A stretch of 64,000 nt of DNA. It comes from Cenococcum geophilum (lineage: Eukaryota). The stretch covers positions 3,906,001 through 3,970,000 of the forward strand of contig CP158635.1 of assembly GCA_050273025.1 (NCBI GenBank), given 5' to 3'. Positions 26,561-38,018 of this stretch are shown here, piece by piece. The notes beneath the pieces were generated by a model. The model ran no database searches. It was given only the letters and a program-made list of their open reading frames with translations, and was not told the DNA's origin. A program made the position numbers and the translations under genes. Positions within the stretch are counted from its first letter, which is position 1. Each line of letters opens with the position of its first letter.

Positions 26561-29500
26561 GAAAGCGCTTTAATACTATAGTATTATTGCGACCTATAAA
26601 GAAAGCTTATAGTAAACCGCAAGAGGCCCTAAAGAGTAAATAGGTTAAATTAGATATAGAATAAATAGGCTCTAAAAACTATAGGGATAGGGCTATGGCC
26701 TAAGGTAGGATAGGTCCTTAGCCTTTTTATATATATAGTATAGAATTAATAGGGTATTTTACTAGAATTGCATTCCTATTAATTAATCTATACTAGGAAT
26801 ATTATTTTTAGAGCTTTAAAACCCTTTTTAAAAGCCTTTTAAGGCCTTTCTAAGCACCTAATTAAGGTCCTTAATTGCTGCTGTATGTGGGTGTTGGTAT
26901 GTTTTAACAACTTATAGAATATATTACAATAATATATACTATGCGGTATTGTAAATAGATGTTAATTCTTTAAGATCTACGCGTTGCAAAGGATAAAGCT
27001 TATTGCGTGTCCTCCCGTAGCTTCTGCCGACCAATTAGGATTTTCTATCCCTGGGATAGAAAATCGCCATTAGCTCGCTTGCCACTAGCGTCTTGGCCTC
27101 CCTTATAATATATCCACTATTGCAATATAATATATTCTAGCTACACTAGGAGTACTTTAGAAAATGCAAAGAATTAGTATCCTATAACTATGCAGTTTAA
27201 AATCTATATATGTACTTCTCTTTCCTTTCTTCCTTGCCATTACGGCATAGGTCGTAATAGTACTAGGTAGTGTTATAGGTACAGGCAGATTGCTATAGAT
27301 TGCTATAGATTGCAGTTATATAACGCGGAGACTGTATATAACTTTAAGCGGTACTACTTATCCTCTTAAGCTTATATATATCCTCTTTACCGTACTTACG
27401 TCTTAATTAACTAAGTCGCTAACATAGTACATTCTACCCATTCTACTATCTTTAACTTAATTCCGTTTGTGTTAATAAGTCGCTTAAGGGCTAATAATGG
27501 TTTGCTTTTAGTTATAGCGTCTATAGAGTTATTATCTCCGTTAATCCACTTAACTTTAGCTATTTCGCGTCTTTTATATAACTAGCGTAGGCATATAACA
27601 TTAATTATAAGTCTCTTCTCCTATATAGTTCCTAGTTTAATAAGGTATTTATAAACTAACTCAAAATTAGTATAAAGGATAAGCAGTAAGCTAATATTAA
27701 AACTATAGGCTATAGCATATAATTTAGAGGCTAGTACGCTTCTAGTAACTCTCTTACACTTAACTAAGAACCAGTAAATAATATTCGCCTTATTTAATAA
27801 GTCTGCTAGTACTAGGATATATCCAATCTATAATAAAAGGTCCTTATTATTTATAAATAAGGAATTAGTAAATACAAGCAGCCAAAGTATCTTTATATTA
27901 AGTTTAGTAACGCTTAAGCCTTTTATTAAGTTCTTAATTTGCTACTAAATTCTCTTATTAAATAGTTTTGCGTCTTTCTTATTAGGGTTAATTACCTAGG
28001 TAGCGTAGAATAAATTAAAAAAAGCTTTAGGTTGGCATATAAACGTAATATAAGCTCCTCTTGCTCATTAGGCGATATATTAGTCCTTAGGTATAAATGC
28101 TATATAAATAGTGCCTCTAGAACTAGTTATTATAACAACTTCCTTAATATTAATAAGTGTTAAGTTCTAGTATTGGCGCTCCTATATAAGCGTAATCATA
28201 TAAACCTGTTATTAGATAGTGCCTCCATTAAACTTAATTAGGTATTCCGGTATAAGTTACTCGTGTTCTTTAGTTAGAAATTTAGCTTTTTTAATTTTCT
28301 CCTATTCTAAAGCTGCAAAGGCTAAGTTAGTAAGTAGGAGGGTATTATTAGTCTGTAAACTAACTATTTCAAAGTTTATTAGGTTATTAAGGTAAAGTAA
28401 GCAGGGGTTATAAGTGGATTGGCTTATATTTAGTTCTTTAATATAGTGGTTATAGTAAGTCTTAAACTAATAATTGCCTTCTTAGAAATGCCGTATAAAG
28501 GTCTAATAACCTTTAAAATTGTGCCTTATAAGACTCTAAGCGCCGTACTAAGTTTAAGAGGTGCTCTAATATAGAAGTCTTAATTTAGTTTCGTGGCTAA
28601 TTATATATAGGCCTATGAAATATCTCGCAGGTAGAGATATGTACTATTATTTTAAGTTATAGCTATAATGCAGAAAATAAGGCATTAGCTAACTCGTTAG
28701 ATTGTAGGTAATTAGGTTAATATAAGGTCTTTCTCTAGGTCGTTATAGGCCTATATAACTAGTCTTAACTTCTTAAAGGCCTTATTAATACTATAGTTCT
28801 TAATCTTATTAACGAATCTAAAGTTAAATACTCTATTACTTTGTGGTATATCTTTAGGGTTAACTAGTTTAAAAACTCCTTTCTTAAGTAATCCCTTAAT
28901 CTCCTTCTAGCGTAATACTATAAACTAACTAGAATTTGTAAGTTAATTATTATCCTCATCTTATAGATATATTAAAATGTTCGCGGTATTAGCTTTACTA
29001 GGATACTTATATAGTCTATCTCTTCTACGCTTAATAGGTTGAGGTCTAGGCCTAGTTTAAGGTAGGGGTCTAAGCTTAGTTTAAGGTAGAGATCTAGGCT
29101 TAGTTTAAGGTAGTTTACTCTTATTATTTTCTGGCTGCATATTCTTTATAATCTTAGGGTTTACTAAATATAGTTTTACAACCGTACTATAGAAGTTAGT
29201 GGGTCTATAGGGAAGTTATATAGTATAGGTCTTATTTTTAATACTAAGTAGGTTATACGGACAAGACCAGTAACTAGGTTAGCCTATAGGTCCTTCTCTC
29301 CATACTAATATAGGTAAGTTAAGTAGTAGGTTATAAATCGCAGTTATGTTAGGTCCGTTACGCATATTTAAAGCATTTACCACTTAGCGCTTAGCTCTAA
29401 GTTTCTTAACTTCTTCTATAGCCTTTTTAAGAGCTACTACTCGTTATATAACCGCAGGATTAGGTACGTCGGATTCCACTATATATAGGTAAGCTCTAAA

Positions 29501-32294
29501 TACTAGTAAGGTAGGTATAAGACCGTTAGGGCCTATAGAATCGCTAATTGCTTTGAAAGCTATTTATAGAGCCGTATCCTTACTAATATCCGGTAATTCT
29601 ATAATAATAATATAGTATATACAACGGAGGGGGCTGTAATAGCGTTCTACTATTCTAACTAAATTATAGGCTTTAATAGGCACGCTTCTTATAGCTGTTC
29701 CAAGTATTATAGCGTATTGTTTAAATTCCTTACTTATAAAGTTCTTGCCTATATTAAATATAATAATATTAGGGGGTCCTAGGTATATATTAATCCAGTA
29801 TATTCGTAATACATCCCATATATACTTAGCGCTAATATTTTACAGCTATCTACCAGCTTAAAATCGTGTTCCTTTATTAATAATATATAAAAGGGGTGCG
29901 CCATTAATATACATAATATTAACCACAATTAAATAGTTAAAATTAATATTATTATATAAGTTAAATCTAAATCTGCCAGGCAACTTTCTATATTTTTAAT
30001 AATAGTGGTAGTAGCGTATAAGATAACCTAAGGTCTTACTATTAATATTATACCTTAAGCGTTTAAGTATTTGTACAAGACGTTTAACTAAAAGGTAGCT
30101 AAAGCAACGATATAATCGTCTTAATTTAATATTAGTTAAGTAGCAAGGGTCTTAATTAAATAACTTGGTTAAGTAATTATATAGGGATATATTCTAAAGC
30201 AGAAAAGGGTAGCTAAAGCGGCGTATAACCAGTACTTCGCTCTAAGGGGTAATCAGCATATTTTTTAGGTTATTAAAGTACACTTATAGGTAATCTATAT
30301 CTACTAAGCAGAGTAATAACAGGGTGTTAACTTTAACGATATAAAACTCGATTATACTAATTAGGGTAGTTACTTTGGCTAATCTAATTAATAAGGTTAA
30401 TCTAATACCAAACTATATATTAACTATGCCTTATATAGTGGTATCAAGCTATATATTAGTATTAAGTCTCTAAAATACTAAGAATTGGCTATATCCTACT
30501 ATGGATTGTTTAGATACTCCTATATCAATTATTATGCCTATAAAGTTATTTATAGTATAGCGGGACGTAGATATAGTTGCATTGTAGGTAAAGGGGTCCT
30601 AGTCAGTTATAATTGGTGCTATATTATCTATAGTTATAACTAAATAGCTAAAGGCTTTATTAGCTAGGGTAGTAGCTATAGAAATTGCTTTATGCTATTC
30701 TACTTAGCTAAAGGAGGTATAAAAGTAACCAATATCTAGTTATAAGTTCTTATCGGTTGCCTTATAACTTACATTAATAGTTAATGCTTAAAAAGCTTCC
30801 TTAAGCTCTTCTTCTAAGTCGATATTATTATCCTTATGGTCTATAATATATTAATTAAGTCATTTCTTAAATTGGTTATTAAATTTACTAAACTTATCTC
30901 TATTAGCAGTCCTAAACTTAGTTTTAGACTCTTCTTACTCCTCCTTAGTATGTTTCTATAAGTAGCATCCTTCTTTATTACGTATAAAGCAATATAGTTT
31001 TTATTGGTTGCGATTATATAGGGGGTTACTGCGGTTACTACGGCTATTGCAGTTATAGTTATTATCTCTTTTATAGAATTATCGGTCTATAAAGGAAGCT
31101 TACATCTTCTCTATATACTCTTTCTTATATGCTATAATAGGCAATTAAAGTTTATTAATAAGGGCTTTAAGGTTATCTAATAGGTTAGAGACTGTATATT
31201 TACATACTGGTATTCCCTAGCAAAAAGTAACAATTTTATTATAAAGGAAGTCCATAGTTTATAAGGTAGGTCTAAGGCCATACTATAGTTAACAAAGTCT
31301 ATAGATTAGTAATTAGAGGCATTTGCTTATAGACTTGTCTATATTCCCTACTATTACTATTATAAGTATAATAGTATTCCACTTGTTTAGGTTCTTGCGT
31401 TAAAATCCTAACCCTTTAAAGAAATTCTCAAAGTTCTTATAAGCTTTAGCAAATAGTAGGCGGGATAGTTAGTTTATATAGAAGTGGTCTAAAGCTAGTC
31501 CTTTTAACATAGTAGGGAATACTTTATGGTAAGCTTCTTAGGGTACATCCGCTTAATTATAGATATTGTAGAATATTATTAATTTATAGTCGAGGCTTTT
31601 GTTTATGTCGGTATCACCTAAGTGCACTTGTATGGCCTATTAATCGATGGATTTGTCTGGTGTTTAATAGGTAAAGAAAGCAGAGGATCGTAAGGATCAC
31701 GGTGCCTAAGTAGGGGGTTGATTAGTCACCATAAGGATGACTAATTAAAGACACGACGACGACACGTCGACGACACGTAACCACATAACTTCTGTCCATA
31801 TATTCCGACACTGGCAGTTCTTTCTTTATGCGTAAAACAGCTATTCTAAGATATGTGACCACGTAACCTTTGTCCATATATTCCAACACTAGCAGTACAG
31901 TGCTAGCAATGGGGTTGTATTTTAGGGAATAAAGCTCTACTTAGTTGTGTTTAGGTCGCAGGCGTATCGGCGCGACGGTTATTAGATTTAGGTAGCGGTA
32001 CGGTGCGAGCATTAGGTGGTGATAGTGGTTAAACGTAGAGCTCGTCTATCGGTCGGTCGGTAGATCGCAGGCGTATAGGCACGATTAGTTGGTTAATGGA
32101 TCGCATGCATATCAGCACAATCGGTTGTCTGTGTAGGTGGTAGTACGGTACTAGCGATAGGGTCGTTCGGGTGGCAGTATAATGCTAGTAACGGGGTCGT
32201 ATTCGTAGGCGTATTAGTATAAATTCTTGTCTTTGTCTATATGTTCTAACACTGGCAGTTCTTTTCTTTGTGCGTGAAATAGCTATTTTAGTAA

Positions 32295-32830
32295 AGCTTA
32301 GTCCATATCCAAATTCCTATTTATATCTTTTGGACGACGACATCCCCGAATATACTTATAGAGAGTAGTATTTAAGGGGAATGTAGATCCGCACTTAGTA
32401 TATTAAAATGGTTAACAGTCTAGTAAGTGTTTAAAGAGTGCTTAACCTAAAGGGAACGTAGTAGAGTACTTCTCGCAGGTTTAAGGTTGCGGGGGTTTAT
32501 ACGAGCTTGGCTGCCGTGGCTCCTTGGCTTTAGTTAATAAGGGTAAAGCTAGTAAAGCTTACGCGGACGGAGCCTGTGCGGACGGAGCTTGTGCGGACGG
32601 AGCCTATGCGGACGGAGCTTGCGCGGACGGAGCTTGCGCTAGTATAGCTTGTTATTGCCGTAATTGCTAAACTACGCTTTATAACTCCTTAATCTCTTCC
32701 TTTTGTTCTTAATATACCTTCTAAACTCTTTTGTACTATCGTTGACGTAGGTCTAGAATATCTTGCTATTAGCGTAGTTTTATTTTAAAAGTCTGTTCTT
32801 ATTGTTAAACTATATTTTATATATCCTAAA
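32295..32830 (-). pseudogene. Relic ORF in D with a Q/E-rich segment, AQAPS repeats and two C2HC/C2H2-like zinc fingers
   Basis: RIP-reverted reading of 32500-32330: TCEKCSTTFPSGQALFKHL.DCQPFQCTKCGSTFPSNTTLHKHIRGC. A 15-bp unit gcggacggagcttgt occurs about 5 times at 32562-32640. Start codon not defined. Confidence 0.6.
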
Positions 32831-34317
32831 TCTAGGTTTAATAAGCGGTTGTAGTTGGAAACTCCTATTGGGCTTTGTTATTGTAGATATTAATATAGCA
32901 AGGCCGCCTAGTGGCCGTATAGCTCCCGCTTTTGTATCCTTTAGGAAGTTAAAGTAGTGCCATTATTAAAGGTTTATAGCTGCTGTAGACGCCGGCAGAC
33001 TTAAGAGGGCAGAGGATAGGGAGCGCGCTGGCGTTATAGGCACGCTGTTGACGTAATTTCCAACGTAGCGGATCTGCAAGGAAGGTAGCAGACGGTATTG
33101 GGGTTATTAGTAGGTAGGGGATGGTTTACGGATCCATAACTGCTCTACTAAGAGTGGTTTGGGGGTCTGCTGGGTTATTAGGTATTGGGTACTGCGTAAG
33201 GCTGTTAAGTTACTGTGACGCTGGAGACTATACAAGGCTGTTAGATGTTAATTTATATACTAAGACGCGTACTAGGGGGTGGTTTGCTGCTAAGTTGCGT
33301 AGCTACGCTAGGGTACTGCGTAAAGTAGTTGGGTAGTTGGATATTGGGTGCTATAAAAGCTAGTATACTGTGTACGGCTAGAGCGCTGCCGTAGTACTAC
33401 TAAGGTAGCTGCTGCTGGGGTACTGCCCGAGGGCTGTTAGATATTAGGTGCTGTTAAAAGCTAGGGGTACTAGCACTTAGTAAAGAGGCCATACTAGGGG
33501 TTAATTTATGTGCTATAGAATGTCTTATACGTTGTATATTTATTATATTCTAAGCTAGCTAGGTTAGATGCTGCCGGAGCTACTAGTGTGGTTTTGCTGC
33601 TAGGTACTAGGTTACTACTTTCAATCGAAGCTACTAGGGCGGCAGTGAACCTTATTGCTCTATAGCCAACCAGTAAGGTTGACTATTAATTAATGTCGGT
33701 ATCACCTAAGTGCACTTATATGGCCTATTAATCGATGGATTTATCTGGTGTTTAATAGGTAGAGAAAGCAGAGGATCGTAAGGATCACGGTGCCTAAGTA
33801 GGGGGTTAATTAGTCACCATAAGGATGACTAATTAAAGACTTACCTCAGCGAGCTCAGACGCGATTTTTTAGCTAGCATCGGAATAACCTAAGCCGTCTT
33901 CCGAATTGCAAAATCACGTCTAAGAGGGTTTGGCGAGTTTTGTTAAAAGCATAAGCAAAATCCACAAAACGGATATTACGGATATCTAATTCATTTATTT
34001 ACACAACGCATTATTATTATTAAAAGTTAATATAATATTTTTAAGACCTAGGGCTTCTAAATGGTATGAATTTTATAATACGGCTATTGCTTAGTCCTAA
34101 TATTAATTTTGTTAAAGTTAAAAAACGCGTTATTAAAAGCATAAGCACATATTGTATCTTATTAAGTAGTCTGCTAATATAGATAAAACTATACAGATAT
34201 ATAGACATCTACTACTCAAAGCCATTGCAACACTTAGTAGGTGCTATAGTTAGGTCCTTCCTTAAAAATATCCTCCCTTGGCCCGGAGTGCCTCCACTAC
34301 TACTAGGGGGCAGAACC

Positions 34318-34455
34318 TCGTGCAGAGCCTTAGTAAAGCCTCATGCAGAGCCAGTAGAGCTTCGTGCAAAGCTTCGTGCAGAGCTTCGTGCAGAGCTTCG
34401 TGCAGAGCCTTAGCAGAGCCTTAGCAGAGCTCCGTACAGATATTCGTGCAGAGCC
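34318..34455. repeat. 12-bp tandem array gcagagcttcgt in E
   Basis: Direct reading; explains ORFs 34225-34555. Confidence 0.9.
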
Positions 34456-34781
34456 ACGTGCAGGCGTGCAGACGTGTAGCTGTGCAGACGTGCAGACGTT
34501 TGTACGGGCGATCAATTGCAGAGACGTTTGTAGAGGTGATTGTATGGGCAATTGATCAATTAATTGTATGGGCGTTTGTACGGGCGATTGTAGAACCTTC
34601 CTAGTATATTAGTGCTGCGTGTTAGTAGAGCTTTAGAGCTCTATATAGGTGAAGAAAAGAGACTATATATGCATGAGGTAGGTGGCGAAACGCTGATAGC
34701 AATAGAGCTGACGACTACGATTTGTAATTGCCACTGTCGACAACGCCACTAAGTCAGTATTTTGTAATGGGAATTGACGAT

Positions 34782-35140
34782 AGGGCTTTGAGTAGAGCTT
34801 CGAGTAGGGCTTCGAGCAGAGCTTCGAGCAGAGCTTCGAGCAGAGCTTCGAGCAGAGCTTCGAGCAGGGCTTCGAGCAGAGCTTCGAGCAGGGCTTTGAG
34901 CAGAGCTTCGAGCAGAGCTTTGAGCAGAGCTTCGAGCAGGGCTTCGAGCAGAGCTTCGAGCAGGGCTTTGAGCAGAGCTTCGAGCAGAGCTTTGAGCAGA
35001 GCTTCGAGCAGAGCTTCGTGCGGAGCCTCAAGCAGGGCTTCGTGCGGAGCTTCGAGCAGGGCTTCGTGCGGAGCTTCATGCAGAGCTTTTGCAGAGCTCT
35101 GGTAGAGCTCCGTGCAGAGCTCCGTGCAGAGCTCCGTGCA
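34782..35140. repeat. 12-bp tandem array gcagagcttcga/gcagagcttcgt (about 30 units) in E
   Basis: Direct reading; explains the RASS and KLCS repeat ORFs. Confidence 0.95.
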
Positions 35141-35521
35141 GGTCTCCCCCTGAGCTTCGTTCTGCAGAGCTCTCGCAAAGCTCCACAGCTCTACGCAGAG
35201 GGCTGGCGGCGTGTGTTTACTGCGCGGCTTGGCGGTGCAGAGGTGGAATTAGGGCCTCTACGGCGACGAATTCCTCTTAACGTCGCGCGTGTATAAGGAG
35301 CTAAAGATCTCATAACTTATAGAGTAGGCTTTTCTCTATAATTTAGTGTAATTTTTATATTAACAGGTTTTGTGGGAGGGTAAATCAATTTCGTTAAAGT
35401 TAATGAGGTCTTCTCATATAAACCGTGTTTAGGTTTTCTACAAAGCTCGCCAAAGTGCCTCAGACCAAGAAAACGATTACCGTCCTAAATCAGCTTAGCG
35501 GACGGTGCGGATATTCCTATA

Positions 35522-37646
35522 CCGTGCTGAATCAGCTGACGCCCGGGCCCACCTAACGCTCGATTTCCATTTTTTTGCTCAACACTTTAACAACGCATAA
35601 AACACCCAATATGGACCCGATGGAGCTTGCCCTGGAGTCATTAAAATCGCTAAAGCTTGGAGAAAAGCCTAATTACACGCAAACTGCTAAAAAGTATGGT
35701 GTTGAGCGTAATACGCTATCGCGCCGTTACTAAGGGGTATAGGGTACCCGCGCCGAGAAATGCCAAAATAAACGATTGCTTACTACATTACAAGAAAAAG
35801 AGCTAGTATTATATATTAATAGGCTTTACGCAAGAGGACTACCTCCTTTAAGGTAAATAATACGAAATTTCGCATTAGAAATAGCTGGCAGAGAAGCAGG
35901 TAAGGCCTAGGTGTCGCGCTTTATTAACCGACATAATATCGACCTTGTATCGCGATGGATAGCTAGCATTAACGCCTCACGAAAACGAGCCAACTTAGCC
36001 TTTAAATACTCTCTATACTTTAAGCTCTTGCGCATAAAAATAGAGTAATACGGCGTAGAGTTTTAGTATATATATAATATGGATAAGAAGGGCTTCCTAA
36101 TTAGGGTACTGTTAAAGATAAAGTGGGTGTTCTTATGGCGTTAATATAAAGAGGGCGGAATTAAGTAGATTATATAGGACGGCAATTGCGAGTGGATTAT
36201 GACAATTACTTATATTTGCGCCGACGGGACTGCTCTTACTCCTGCGTTAATTTATTAGGTAGTCTCTGGAAATATTTAAGACATGTGGCTATAAGATTTT
36301 AATCCTATAAAGCACAAGGCCTTCTTTACCTTATTACCTAGTAGATGGACGAATAATAAGCTAGGCCTGGCATGGCTTAAATAGGTATTTAATCGCGAAA
36401 TAAAAGTAAAGGCAAGACGACCGTATCGACTTCTTATTCTAAATGGGCATGGATCACACGTTTCGATGGAGTTTATTAAATACTGTAACGATAATAAGAT
36501 ACTCCTAGCTATCTATCCACCTTATTTAACTTATACGCTTTAGCCTCTCGACGTTTGCATGTTTAAGCCTCTCTTATTAGCCTACTTAGCAGAGCTTATA
36601 GATTTCATGGATAGATGCTAGGGGCTCTCCTTAATTATAAAAAGAGACTTCTTCCGTATGTTCTATAAGGCCTATAAGACCTCCTTTAAGTTAAAAATAA
36701 TCCTTAAGGCCTTTAAAGCAACTGGTTTATCACTATTTAATCCTTAGAAGGTGCTTAAGCGCTTTAACATAGAGGAGCAAGAGAGGCCTTCTTTAAGCGA
36801 GAGCACTACCTCAGTGCTAAGTGCTTCAGATTGGCGTAAGATTGAGAGGCTTCTGCGTAAGGCAGTAACTAATATTTATAATACGCAAGCACAGCAGCTT
36901 AGCCAATCGCTCCACTCCTCTTTAGTGCGTATTAATCTTCTCTAGCATAAAAACGAGCGCCTAAAAGAAGCTCTAATTAATAAGAAGAAGCGCCGACAGC
37001 GCGGCAAGCCTCTGCTGCTTAAAACACCTACTGAGTATAATAGAGGAGCCACTTTCTGGTCACTATCTAAAGTTTAGTAAGCACGAGAGCATTAAGCACA
37101 AAAAGAGGAGGAAGAGAAGGCTCTATAACTCTAAAAAGATAAGGAGACGAAGCGCAAGGAAGCCCAGAAGGCTAAAAAGGCTCGCATGCTTAAGGAGAGG
37201 AAGCGTATAAGGGTGGTGGCAAAGGAATTGCGACTGCAGGAGCAGCGGGCCAAGGCAGCTTAGAAAGAGGAGGCAAAGATCGCTCGTTAAGCAGAGCAAT
37301 AACTGAAAAACGGCCTCAAATAGGCCAAGAAGGGCAAGTAGAAGGCTATTACGCCTCCTTAAATTAATCCTGAGGATAGTGAGGATGTAGATATAGATTT
37401 ATTATTAATTGTAGATGCTGCCCCTACACCGGCTAAGTCGCGGCGTATTAGGCAAATTACGCTCCTAAAGCGCTATTGTAATTAATTTATTATTACCAAT
37501 TAAATTCCTAGGCCTCCCTAAGTGCTACAACGAAAAATCGCATCAATATGTCATATATATAGAGCTGTACAACTTCAAAAGTTGTGGGTGTAGACATCCA
37601 AAAATCGAGCGTTAGGTGGGCCCGAGCGTCAGCTGATTCAGCACGG
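35522..37646 (+). mobile_element. Tc1/mariner superfamily pogo/Fot1-type DNA transposon F
   Basis: About 45-bp TIRs ccgtgctgaatcagctgacgcccgggcccacctaacgctcgattt and its reverse complement ending at 37646; TA on both sides. Confidence 0.93.
35611..37484 (+). pseudogene. pogo/Fot1 DDE transposase (HTH, CENP-B-like, DDE_1), RIP stops
   Basis: MDPMELALESLKSL...AKKYGVERNTLSRR; YNMD(E)KGF about 36072; GNCEWIMTI.YICADG; RLLIL(D)GHGSH about 36430; (Q)PLDVCMFKPL. Confidence 0.9.
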
Positions 37647-38018
37647 TATCCGCAATCGATTTCTTGGTCTGAGCTTCTGAGGTAAATTAAAGACACGACG
37701 ACGACACGTCGACAACACGTAACCATATAACTTCTGTCCATATATTCCGACAGTTTATGCCACCGTACTTCTACTCCTCTATATATATCTTAGCTACATT
37801 CGCAATTTCCTTACTATAGCCAGTCGCAGTAATAAAGCGATTCTCCTCGTCCGTAGGTTATACGTAAAGTTACTATATTATTATAGGAGGTTAAGGCGTA
37901 ACAGATAGTGTAAATAGTATAAAGGTAAAGGTATTTATAGGTTAAAGTGTAGCAGTTAATATAAAAGTAGAGGTAGTTAGTATACTAGTTAGTTAGGTTG
38001 CAGTAGGTTTAGCTTATT

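Larger units (their letters stand above)
33841..37685. mobile_element. Non-autonomous TIR element E with 9-bp TSD (Mutator-like by TSD length), containing pogo F
   Basis: Ends ttacctcagcgagctcagac / gtctgagcttctgaggtaa; TSD attaaagac at 33832-33840 and 37686-37694. The empty site is visible in D's other LTR at about 31740. Confidence 0.85.
31606..37752 (-). mobile_element. Non-autonomous LTR element D (no RT or integrase; about 2.3 kb without nested E/F)
   Basis: 205-bp LTRs tgtcgg...ccgaca at 31606-31810 and 33694-33840 plus 37686-37752; TSD gttta (31601-31605, 37753-37757). The internal 1.9 kb lacks pol motifs. Confidence 0.85.

Noticed and set aside
34782..35140. Possible CRISPR-like or telomeric array
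   Set aside because: Head-to-tail units with no unique spacers; not TTAGGG-like; eukaryotic TE context.
34225..35296. Overlapping ORFs with RASS, KLCS and AELR repeats
   Set aside because: Translations of stop-free 12-bp arrays in several frames on both strands; no evidence of a gene.
36751..36945. 64-aa ORF as a separate gene
   Set aside because: In-frame fragment of the RIP-broken pogo transposase.
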